From Candidatus Woykebacteria bacterium (GTDB lineage Bacteria > Patescibacteriota > Microgenomatia > Woykebacterales > RBG-16-39-9b): DNA of 64,000 nt. A program made the position numbers and the translations under genes. This document shows, one piece after another, positions 50,887 to 58,802 of this stretch. The DNA lies in assembly GCA_040876345.1 (NCBI GenBank), contig JBBDPM010000001.1, positions 33,619-97,618 on the forward strand, in the 5' to 3' direction. Each line of letters opens with the position of its first letter. The stretch's first letter is position 1. The notes below the pieces were generated by a model. The model did no database searches and was not told the DNA's origin. It worked only from the letters and a program-made list of their open reading frames with translations.

Positions 50887-51314
50887 GGGTATTTTTTGAT
50901 GCCTCAGTAATCATCGCCGCTTTCCTCTCCCCGGCCGGTGGCTCAGCAAAAACTCTTAAACTTATTAAATCGGGACTGATAAGGGGTGTTACTTCTCAGA
51001 CTGTTATAGAAGAAGCATTGGAAGAAAAGCACCTGCTCAAAATAAAAAGTTCCAAGCAGGATTTAGAAGGGTTTATTGCTAGCAGTGGTTTAATTGTACG
51101 AAGCCAAATCACTCCAGACGAAATTACTCCTTATCAAAACTTAATCGACCCAGATGATGCACATCTTATCGCAGGAGCAAATTTGACAAAGTGTACCCAT
51201 CTCGTAACTCTAGATAAGAAGCATTTACTCCGAGCAGATATAAAAGAAAAATTCTCACCACTTCGCATCGTTTCACCAAAAGAGCTCTTAGAAGATGGGG
51301 TTAGAAGTAACTAA
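50883..51314 (+). CDS. PIN-domain toxin (VapC-like)
   Basis: 143 aa; VFFDASVIIAAF with conserved acidic residues; ATGA-coupled to antitoxin. Confidence 0.7.
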   Translation: MRVFFDASVIIAAFLSPAGGSAKTLKLIKSGLIRGVTSQTVIEEALEEKHLLKIKSSKQDLEGFIASSGLIVRSQITPDEITPYQNLIDPDDAHLIAGANLTKCTHLVTLDKKHLLRADIKEKFSPLRIVSPKELLEDGVRSN

Positions 51315-51351
51315 CGACACTTCTAGCATTTTTTGAGTAGGATACAAAGTT

Positions 51352-52035
51352 ATGAAGAAACCTTCTTTAAATTATGACGCAGGGATCATTCTTGGCGGAG
51401 GTCGTTACGATGAAAATATTTTGACACCATTAAGTAAGATGCGTCTGGATAAGGGGTGGGAACTTTATAATCAAGGTATCATTCCTAAGATTATTTTACC
51501 AGGCTCTAATTATGGTACTTACATTCCAAAGGCAACAAAGTTTGAAAAGACCACCGCTAAATTACGGAAAGAGTATTTGTTAGCTAAAGGAAGTGTAAAG
51601 GACGAAGCTATTATCTTAGCTGAAGAAGGAAGAGATACGATTTATGAGGCATTTGCAGTCCGTAAGAAAGCAAAGGAGCTTGGATTGAAGAATCTCCTAC
51701 TTATTACTTCCGAGCGTCACATGCCTAGAGCCTTTTTTATTTTCAAAAGTATATTCGGTAGTGATTTAAAAGTATACACAAATAAACTGAGTGAGGTTGT
51801 TACTGGGAATATTCTAATAGGTGATGAAGAAAAGGAATATTTATCCTTGGTTAAAGAGCTGTTTAGTTCTATGCCAGAAACTATCCCCCAACCTGATAGT
51901 TGGGAGAATTGGTACTCTGAACATTTAGATTTTTATAGTAACTACAAAAGGATTCATGATAGGTTTCACCCACCGGGAAAAGAATCCCAAGCCTATACTC
52001 TCGGGGCAAAAAAGATTAAACTCATACAACTATGA
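51352..52035 (+). CDS. DUF218/YdcF (SanA-ElyC-like) family protein
   Basis: 227 aa; IILGGG...ITSERHMPRA. Confidence 0.6.
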   Translation: MKKPSLNYDAGIILGGGRYDENILTPLSKMRLDKGWELYNQGIIPKIILPGSNYGTYIPKATKFEKTTAKLRKEYLLAKGSVKDEAIILAEEGRDTIYEAFAVRKKAKELGLKNLLLITSERHMPRAFFIFKSIFGSDLKVYTNKLSEVVTGNILIGDEEKEYLSLVKELFSSMPETIPQPDSWENWYSEHLDFYSNYKRIHDRFHPPGKESQAYTLGAKKIKLIQL

Positions 52036-52583
52036 AAATACCAAAGGAAGCAAAAAGAGTCTTCGAAGGGATTATTTTTGATGTTTATCACTGGAAACAG
52101 AAAATGTTTGATGGTAGTACTACAACCTTTGAAGCTTTAAAAAGACCCGATACTATACAAATAATTCCTGTCTTTGATGGAAAGATTCTACTTTCTTATG
52201 AAGAACAGCCAAACCGACCAGCCACTTATACTTTTTTAGGTGGGCGGCAAGAAAAAGATGAAGACCAATTAGTTACAGCCAAAAGAGAATTACTCGAAGA
52301 AACTGGTTTGGAATCAGATGATTGGGAATTGTTCAAAGTTTACGACGTTGAGGCCAAGATTGAATGGCAAATTTACTTATTTATTGCAAGGAATTGTAAA
52401 AAGACTACTGAACCTTCGCTAGATGCAGGTGAAAAGATTGAGGTAAAAGCAGTAGATTTTGAAGAATTCTTGAACCTCGCCGCCCAAGAAACTTTTTGGG
52501 GAACAGAAATAGCTAATGATATTTTTCGAATGAAAGAGAACAAGGCTAAGTTGGAGGAGTTTAGTAAAAAGCTACTTGGTTAA
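52032..52583 (+). CDS. NUDIX hydrolase
   Basis: Nudix box LGGRQEKDEDQLVTAKRELLEETGL. Confidence 0.8.
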   Translation: MKIPKEAKRVFEGIIFDVYHWKQKMFDGSTTTFEALKRPDTIQIIPVFDGKILLSYEEQPNRPATYTFLGGRQEKDEDQLVTAKRELLEETGLESDDWELFKVYDVEAKIEWQIYLFIARNCKKTTEPSLDAGEKIEVKAVDFEEFLNLAAQETFWGTEIANDIFRMKENKAKLEEFSKKLLG

Positions 52584-52585
52584 AG

Positions 52586-52722
52586 AACCTGTTTAAGTTG
52601 TTAGGACTGAAATCGAAGGAATTCAAAGTTGGCCAGAGGTTCCTTAAATCGTCCAACAAGGCCGACCAATGTATTTGAATTCCGAACTTCTCTGAACCCT
52701 GAGTAGAATCGAACTTCAGAAG
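52586..52722 (+). repeat. repeat copy 8 (near-consensus), followed by T-rich tract
   Basis: TTGGCCAGAGGTTCCTTAAATCGTCCAACAAGGCCGACCAATGTATTTGAATTCCGAACTTCTCTGAACCCTGAGTAGAATCGAACTTCAGAAGC. Confidence 0.75.
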
Positions 52723-52730
52723 CTATTTTT

Positions 52731-53072
52731 TTATTTGAAAGTGTTTTGAATTGAATTTTCCATAAGTATGTTTGCATACACACCTACTAGATAGAAAATG
52801 AGGAACGGTCCAATTAAAAGAGCCAAACTAACAATTAATCCGTAACCAACCTTTACTCCTTGCTTTGACTTTCCTTTCAGAAAAAACCAAAACCACCAAC
52901 TAACAAATGCAAAAAGTAAAAACATAATTACTGGCCAGTATTGTGTTAAAGGGTTTGGCTTATTAATTTCCAAATCAGAATAAAGCGTGTTTATCCGAGA
53001 GGAGATAAAAAGATAAAATAAAATAGCTAACGTGTTTACAATTGCTGCAATCAAAGTGACGATAGAAGCCAT
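52731..53072 (-). CDS. hypothetical membrane protein (3-4 TM)
   Basis: 113-aa hydrophobic ORF. Confidence 0.45.
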   Translation of the reverse strand: MASIVTLIAAIVNTLAILFYLFISSRINTLYSDLEINKPNPLTQYWPVIMFLLFAFVSWWFWFFLKGKSKQGVKVGYGLIVSLALLIGPFLIFYLVGVYANILMENSIQNTFK

Positions 53073-53104
53073 TAACTAAATCATAGCAAAGAAACTTCAA
53101 AAAA

Positions 53105-53255
53105 GCGATTTAGGTTCTGAAGACTAAAATCAAAAGAGTTTAAGGAAGGCCAGAGGTTCCTGTAGTTCGAAAGAACGCAAGATTATAGCTAAGCTAATCT
53201 TTAATCGCTTGCCCTCGCGAAGCCTCGGCGAAGCAGGGTCCAACAAGGCCGACCA
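53105..53255 (+). repeat. repeat copy 9, with 75-bp insertion (53163-53237) at same site as copy 3; lacks 3' module
   Basis: GGCCAGAGGTTCCTG[ins]GTCCAACAAGGCCGACCAG. Confidence 0.6.
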
Positions 53256-53308
53256 GCTCACGTCGCCACACTTGACACGGCCAATTTATATGTTATGCTG
53301 TATACAGC

Positions 53309-53575
53309 ATGAAAAGAACTCAAGTTTACTTCTCAGAAGCAACGATAGAAATTATTAAACGGGAGGCCAAAGAGAATAACACTACGATGGCCGCGGTCAT
53401 ACGCGAGAAAGTAGAAAAAGAGACAAAGAAACCAGCCGAAAAAGGGATAAATGACGCGCTAAAAGCAGTAAAAGAAATCTCCAATCTTAGGTTGCCTACT
53501 ATGCACCCTGCCAAAATGAAGGAGATCCTCGCCGAATCCCACGGAAGGACCTATGACATATTATCTGGACGCTAA
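53309..53575 (+). CDS. ribbon-helix-helix (CopG/VapB-like) antitoxin
   Basis: 88 aa; RTQVYFSEATIEIIKREA N-terminal RHH. Confidence 0.65.
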   Translation: MKRTQVYFSEATIEIIKREAKENNTTMAAVIREKVEKETKKPAEKGINDALKAVKEISNLRLPTMHPAKMKEILAESHGRTYDILSGR

Positions 53576-53969
53576 TATTTTTATTTACGCAAGCAATCCT
53601 GACGATCCCAATTTTGAAACTTGCTCAAGTATCTTAAAAAGAGTTGGTTTAAGAGAAATTAAGGCCGTAACTTCAACTGAGACGATTCAGGAGATTATTT
53701 TCTACTCTCAAAAATTTAAAAATGTAAAGGCAGGAATTGCAATTGCAAGCGGAGCGTTAAAAATCGCCCATCAAATTCTGTCTATTGATCTTAATGTAAC
53801 CCACAGGTATTTAGATCTGGTAGCCTTATACCCAAATATTGACAGCCGGGACAATCTACATACCGCAACTTGTCTGGTTAATAATATAGACACTATAGTC
53901 TCCGCTGATAAATCACTAGACAAAATCAAAGAAATAAAACGGGTGGATCCGAAGATTTTTATTCCTTAA
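53553..53969 (+). CDS. PIN-domain toxin (VapC-like)
   Basis: 138 aa; YYLDANIFIYA start; 23-bp overlap with antitoxin. Confidence 0.7.
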   Translation: MTYYLDANIFIYASNPDDPNFETCSSILKRVGLREIKAVTSTETIQEIIFYSQKFKNVKAGIAIASGALKIAHQILSIDLNVTHRYLDLVALYPNIDSRDNLHTATCLVNNIDTIVSADKSLDKIKEIKRVDPKIFIP

Positions 53970-54000
53970 AACACACATAAACTAACGGGGTGAATAGATT

Positions 54001-54435
54001 ATGAAAAATACCACCAAAAAAACCGCGGCTGGCAAGACATTCACGGACGAGGAACGAGCCGCGATGAAGGAGCGTATCCAAGAGCTGAGGGCGGACAAAA
54101 CGGACGGGGAAAGCGACGTGCTCGCAAAGATCGCCGAGATGCCGGAACCGGATCGCGCCATGGGCAAGCGGCTCCATGCTATCATCAAAGCCAGCGCGCC
54201 AGAACTCTTGCCGAAAACCTGGTACGGGATGCCCGCCTATGCCAACAAGGATGGCAAGGTTGTCTGCTTCTTCCAAAGCGCGCACAAGTTCAAATACAGA
54301 TACGCGACATTCGGCTTCAACGACGCGGCGAACCTAGACGAAGGCCACATGTGGCCGACCTCCTTCGCGCTGAAGGAGTTGACTGCCGCCGAAGAGGCAA
54401 AGATCGGCGCCCTCGTGAAGAAAGCGGTGAGCTGA
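54001..54435 (+). CDS. DUF1801 (YdhG-like) domain protein, GC-rich (foreign composition)
   Basis: 144 aa; local GC ~58%; YdhG-like pattern. Confidence 0.6.
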   Translation: MKNTTKKTAAGKTFTDEERAAMKERIQELRADKTDGESDVLAKIAEMPEPDRAMGKRLHAIIKASAPELLPKTWYGMPAYANKDGKVVCFFQSAHKFKYRYATFGFNDAANLDEGHMWPTSFALKELTAAEEAKIGALVKKAVS

Positions 54436-54535
54436 GAACTGAGCGTGCCACTGGGCCCCGCCAACTGTCTGATGAAGAAATGATGTCAACTACAGGTAGG
54501 TTTAAACTTTCAGACCATACTAAATTGTAGAATAG

Positions 54536-54625
54536 AATCTGTTTAGGTCAGTAAAACTGAAATCTAAAGAGTTCATCTGAGGCCAGAGGTTCCTAATACC
54601 GTCTAACAAGGCCGACCAACAAAGG
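54536..54625 (+). repeat. repeat copy 10 (5' module only)
   Basis: GAGTTCATCTGAGGCCAGAGGTTCCTAATACCGTCTAACAAGGCCGACCAAC. Confidence 0.65.
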
Positions 54626-54740
54626 TAGCGCTCCATATAAATCTGTTATTTTTGGGATAGAGCACCTCCAGCAATCTAAATCTGAGTATTCCTATTTTTT
54701 TTATCTTCAAAATTACTTGAAGGAAGTTCAAAAAATGGTT

Positions 54741-55379
54741 TTACTGCAGATTTTCTAAGAAAAGTTGCTTGTCCGCTGGACTAACTTGATCTAATTGTTG
54801 ATCAAATAATTTATAGCCCATCTGCTCAAATGTTTCTAAATTTTCATCTTCCAAAAAAACCATTTTTTCGTTCGGTGTTTCAAGAATAATAATGCAGCCG
54901 ATCTCTCTATTTTTGTATTGTGGGAGCAAGCGATCTACAAATCCTTCGCTTTTGATAAGTGCGAACTCCAAGGCCTTGATGCTCACGTCTTTAGGTTCGT
55001 ATTTGCTAATTAAATCTAACACCTCTGGTTTTTGAAGGACTGTGATTTTACCTTCGTACTCTTCAATCCACGTCCCGTGGCAGAACAAATTTGCTTCATC
55101 AGGATTGACTGGAAGATAATGAGTTTCCCATGTTGAGCCACCCATATGCCCGACTAGCTTTCTTTGTCTTTGGACTTTGATAGGCTTGGAGCAGGCATAG
55201 CCAGCCCCTCCAGGGCTATACTCCGTTACTTCCTTAAATTCAGGCTCGGTTATATTCTCTATCACACTCTTAGGCGTGTACCCGTAGTAGTTATATGTAA
55301 ACCAGCTTACTAATAAAATAGCCGCAAGAATTATTAAAGCGATAAATTTTTTATTCATAAAGTTAAGTTTATTTAACAC
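54741..55379 (-). CDS. hypothetical membrane-anchored protein
   Basis: 212 aa; N-terminal TM. Confidence 0.45.
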   Translation of the reverse strand: MLNKLNFMNKKFIALIILAAILLVSWFTYNYYGYTPKSVIENITEPEFKEVTEYSPGGAGYACSKPIKVQRQRKLVGHMGGSTWETHYLPVNPDEANLFCHGTWIEEYEGKITVLQKPEVLDLISKYEPKDVSIKALEFALIKSEGFVDRLLPQYKNREIGCIIILETPNEKMVFLEDENLETFEQMGYKLFDQQLDQVSPADKQLFLENLQ

Positions 55380-55610
55380 AATTCTATCTTATAAAATCCT
55401 CAATTGAAACCCCAACCCCTTTCCTTACCGCCCCGCCCGAGCGGTTTGGTTTCTGCCGCACCACAGGCACGGCATCATTCAGGATGTTGTTCAAAAAAGA
55501 TTCGAGCAGCGTTCAGTGATCGCGACCATATAGTAAAAGTATAAAGAGTTGCTAGTATCAACTTTTTGTGATACTGTTCAATCAAGACACCCTGCGTCCA
55601 AACTGCCCTT

Positions 55611-56525
55611 ATGGATTTTAACCATCTTATCGCCGAAGCGTATAAAATTACACTGAAAAACAAAGTTCTCTGGATTTTTGGTGTAGTTGTTGCGGTTTTT
55701 GGCGGTTTTCCCCAAGTCTTTACTTACAACTTTAATTTCCCGGTTGGGCCCACAGGCTCTGCAGAAATGGAAAAAAGTGCACAGAATATGCCCAAGGCTA
55801 TGCAGTTTTTGGAGTTTGTAGATCCTTCTAAACTGCTTTTATTAGTGGGGCTAGCCTTGATAATTTTTTTAACCCTGTTTTTAGTTTCAATATACCTGCA
55901 GACATGGGCAACCGCTGCTCTTATCTCCCAAACTCTGGGTGTTTTGAAGGGTGAGTCAATCGACTTTAAAAAAGGAAGTTTGGCCGGGGAGAAATATTTT
56001 TCAAGAATTCTGCTGTTTAGATTTATTCTGATGGCACCACTCCTGCCAATAATCTTAGTTCTTGTCGGCGTCCCTTTAATGTTCTTCTTAGCAGATTTAA
56101 AACTGTTTGCCGCTATTTTTATGATACTAGACATTTTGATTCTTATAATAGGGCTGATAGCTTATTCGGTAGTAGTTGGAATTGTTTCTGAATTTGGATT
56201 TAGAAGAATGATAGAGCGTGATTTAGGAGTAGTCGAATCTGCTAAGCAAGGCTGGGAATTGTTTAGAGAAAATCTGGGAACAAGCCTTACTGTTTGGATA
56301 GTAAACCTTGCCCTAAGTTTTGTGATTAGCCTACCAATCTCAATTTTGGTATTTATTTTTGTGGTTTTGGGTATCCCATTTTTCATGGTTAACCCTTGGC
56401 TTATCGTAGTTCCAGTCCTCGCGTTTTTAGCAGTGGGTACCTTTGTTGGTGGCCTCTGGAATGTGTTTCTCTTCTCCTACTGGAGCCTAGCTTACAACAG
56501 GGTTTCAAGAAAAGGTGAGTCTTGA
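55611..56525 (+). CDS. hypothetical polytopic membrane protein
   Basis: 304 aa; ~6-8 TM helices. Confidence 0.5.
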   Translation: MDFNHLIAEAYKITLKNKVLWIFGVVVAVFGGFPQVFTYNFNFPVGPTGSAEMEKSAQNMPKAMQFLEFVDPSKLLLLVGLALIIFLTLFLVSIYLQTWATAALISQTLGVLKGESIDFKKGSLAGEKYFSRILLFRFILMAPLLPIILVLVGVPLMFFLADLKLFAAIFMILDILILIIGLIAYSVVVGIVSEFGFRRMIERDLGVVESAKQGWELFRENLGTSLTVWIVNLALSFVISLPISILVFIFVVLGIPFFMVNPWLIVVPVLAFLAVGTFVGGLWNVFLFSYWSLAYNRVSRKGES

Positions 56526-56944
56526 GTTGCAGCATCAGAATAATATAGTACCTGCACAATCTGCCAATTGCTAATCAACTGCAAAAGACTTAATGTCCTG
56601 AGCAAGGGTATTTTTCTTCTTATAAGACAGCTCGTTCTTAGTACTTTCCCGAATCAGTTTATTTAGTATCTTTTGGTGTACCTCCCCTCTTTATTTTTTA
56701 TAGGTACAATATTTATTAGTAGGGTCTTTAGCGTAGCGTTTCTTTGTTTCTTCTGAGGTTATTTTTTTGTTTTTCCAGTCATTTATTATGTCAAAAATTA
56801 ATCTCTCCCCTTACTACGTAAGGGAAGAGAGACAAAAAAAATTAGAAAAGTAGCCTCAAAAATCCCTAAAAACTATGGCCGCGCGCGGCCACAAAAGTTG
56901 TGTCTTTTTTACATAGTATTTAGGGTACCTGTCAATTTAACGTC

Positions 56945-56973
56945 TTGACGATGGTGGTCGTTAATACTAAGAT
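56945..56973 (+). promoter_or_regulatory. candidate recA promoter TTGACG-17-TAAGAT
   Basis: hexamers at 56945-50 and 56968-73; SD GAGAGGAGG before ATG 57022. Confidence 0.4.
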
Positions 56974-57021
56974 CTTGGTACTTTAATTTAATCTGCCTTC
57001 CGAGAGGAGGTTTTTTATTTT

Positions 57022-58050
57022 ATGGATACAAAAAAGATTGAAGCGATAAAAGCAGCCATGGGGGAAATTGAGAAACAATTTGGTAAAGGTTCTATTATGC
57101 AGCTTGGTGAAGCAGCCGCCAAAATGGATATCTCCGCAATTCCGACTGGCTCTTTAGGACTAGATCTTGCTTTGGGGATTGGTGGCCTTCCAAGGGGCAG
57201 AATAGTCGAAATCTTTGGTCCAGAAGGAGGCGGAAAAACTACACTAGCACTTCATGTAATTGCAGAGTCTCAAAAAAAGGGCGGAACCGCCGCTTTTATC
57301 GATGCCGAACACGCTTTGGATCCCTCTCGTGCTGAAAAAATCGGCGTAAATATTAAAGACCTTCTTGTTTCACAACCAGATACTGGTGAGCAAGCTCTGG
57401 AAATTGTCGAAACTTTAGTGAGAAGCGGGGCGCTTGATGTAGTGGTAGTAGACTCAGTTGCTGCGCTTGTGCCAAGAGCCGAAGTTGAGGGGGAGATGGG
57501 GGATTCTTTCATGGGAATTCAGGCTCGTCTTATGAGCCAGGCCATGAGAAAACTCGCTTCTGCAATTTCAAAATCTAGGACGTTGGCAATATTTATAAAT
57601 CAGCTCCGCGAAAAAATCGGCGTGATGTTTGGCAACCCAGAGGTTACTCCTGGTGGCCGGGCCTTAAAATTCTATTCTTCCGTTCGAATCGATATCCGTC
57701 GGATAGAATCCATAACTGATGGTCCTACTACTATTGGTAACAGAGTTCGAGCTAAAATCGTCAAAAACAAAGTTGCCCCACCTTTCCGCCAAGCAGAGTT
57801 TGACATAATGTTTGACCGGGGAATTTCGAGGGAAGGCTCGACCTTGGATGCTGCAGTTGAAACTGGCGTGATCAAAAAAACAGGTGGTTGGTTCTCTTAT
57901 GGAGAGCAAAACATCGCTCAAGGAAGAGAAGCTGCGAAGGGGTATTTGGAGGAACATGCTAAAGTAGCTTCCGAAGTTGAGAAAAAGGTAAAAGAAAATT
58001 ACGCAAAAGGTACCTCAGCTCCTCCTTCGAAAGAAGAAGAATCCGAATAG
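57022..58050 (+). CDS. recA: recombinase RecA
   Basis: 342 aa; Walker [11 protein letters not shown]1/L2 loops. Confidence 0.97.
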   Translation: MDTKKIEAIKAAMGEIEKQFGKGSIMQLGEAAAKMDISAIPTGSLGLDLALGIGGLPRGRIVEIFGPEGGGKTTLALHVIAESQKKGGTAAFIDAEHALDPSRAEKIGVNIKDLLVSQPDTGEQALEIVETLVRSGALDVVVVDSVAALVPRAEVEGEMGDSFMGIQARLMSQAMRKLASAISKSRTLAIFINQLREKIGVMFGNPEVTPGGRALKFYSSVRIDIRRIESITDGPTTIGNRVRAKIVKNKVAPPFRQAEFDIMFDRGISREGSTLDAAVETGVIKKTGGWFSYGEQNIAQGREAAKGYLEEHAKVASEVEKKVKENYAKGTSAPPSKEEESE

Positions 58051-58060
58051 AGTCGGGGCC

Positions 58061-58090
58061 GCCTGAGAAGCGAGAGACTGCTTCTCAGGC
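58061..58090 (+). terminator. strong hairpin GCCTGAGAAGC-gagagact-GCTTCTCAGGC after recA (no U-tract)
   Basis: perfect 11-bp stem, 8-nt loop, immediately 3' of recA stop. Confidence 0.4.
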
Positions 58091-58123
58091 GTTGGCCAGC
58101 ACTCCTTCCCCTAAGCGTTACAA

Positions 58124-58516
58124 CTAGGCGACCAAGATGACATTGGTACTGCGCTTCATACCGAAGACGTCGGTGTGGAGGTTGTACCAATTCTCACTCC
58201 ACTTACCCCCGCCTTGTATGCTTCGACGAACTTGCCTGGCGCCTTTGGTCAGATCTCCAGCCAAGTAGACTTTGCTGTCGCCGTGTAGAACTTTGAAAAG
58301 CTCTCCAAGTTCAAGGTCGGCGAGCTTGAACACCAAGATCATCTTGGTGCCTGGTTCTATGGAAACTGTCTCCCCGTGCTCTTGGGTCTGGAAGATGGCG
58401 GGAGAGCCGTCCGAAGAAGGAGTGGTAAGTGTCCACACCTCGTTACCATCCGCAGCAACCACCCTGGACCCTTCTCTTAGATCTTTGACAGCCGTTGTTA
58501 ATGCTGTCGTTGGCAT
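58124..58516 (-). CDS. hypothetical protein, GC-rich foreign gene inserted between recA and recX (start at ATG after SD AGGAGGTG)
   Basis: 130 aa from MPTTALTT...; GC ~57%; consensus SD 4 nt upstream; upstream part of ORF 58124..58684 judged non-coding. Confidence 0.45.
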   Translation of the reverse strand: MPTTALTTAVKDLREGSRVVAADGNEVWTLTTPSSDGSPAIFQTQEHGETVSIEPGTKMILVFKLADLELGELFKVLHGDSKVYLAGDLTKGARQVRRSIQGGGKWSENWYNLHTDVFGMKRSTNVILVA

Positions 58517-58783
58517 GTGACACCTCCTACTTCCAGAACTCCCCCCCACCGCTTGGGCGGTTTTGGGGGTTGTTGAATGTTGGGCTTTTGGATGGTCAGC
58601 CTTCTCACCTGGTGGCCAGTCACGTTGAAACGCCCACTCCTGGTCATCGACCAAAATTTTGTCGCCAGGCGACAGCTGTCCCACGAACCTTAGTTCCGTT
58701 GGCGGCGTAATCTTACCCCTTTCCCGCGTCTGCGCTGATAGCCGAAACCTCCCCGCCTATGGGCCATCTTATACCACAATTGC

Positions 58784-58792
58784 ATGGTATAA
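58784..58792 (+). promoter_or_regulatory. extended -10 TGGTATAAT, ATG of recX 10 nt downstream (near-leaderless)
   Basis: TGGTATAAT then CAAGCGGAT then ATG 58803. Confidence 0.45.
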
Positions 58793-58802
58793 TCAAGCGG
58801 AT

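Larger units (their letters stand above)
37727..54625 (+). mobile_element. putative tRNA-Pro-adjacent gene-cassette array / genomic island delimited by co-oriented ~150-bp repeats; no integrase inside
   Basis: 10 direct repeat copies each ending a 1-6-gene unit; first copy replaces its 5' half by the tRNA 3' end (shared ...CCGACCA junction). Confidence 0.5.

Noticed and set aside
38165-54625. Repeats as integron attC sites or a CRISPR array
   Set aside because: No RYYYAAC/GTTRRRY core sites and no intI. Copies are ~150 bp and spaced 1-4 kb apart with genes in both orientations, not 25-40-bp repeats with regular spacers.
55475-55663. 62-aa minus-strand ORF in the 55.4-55.6 kb spacer
   Set aside because: Overlaps the start of the 55611 membrane-protein gene and lies in a GC-skewed spacer. 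No signals.
58517-58684. N-terminal 56 aa of ORF 58124..58684
   Set aside because: An internal ATG preceded by a perfect SD (AGGAGGTG) at 58516 is the more plausible start. The upstream part is a GC-rich poly-C region.
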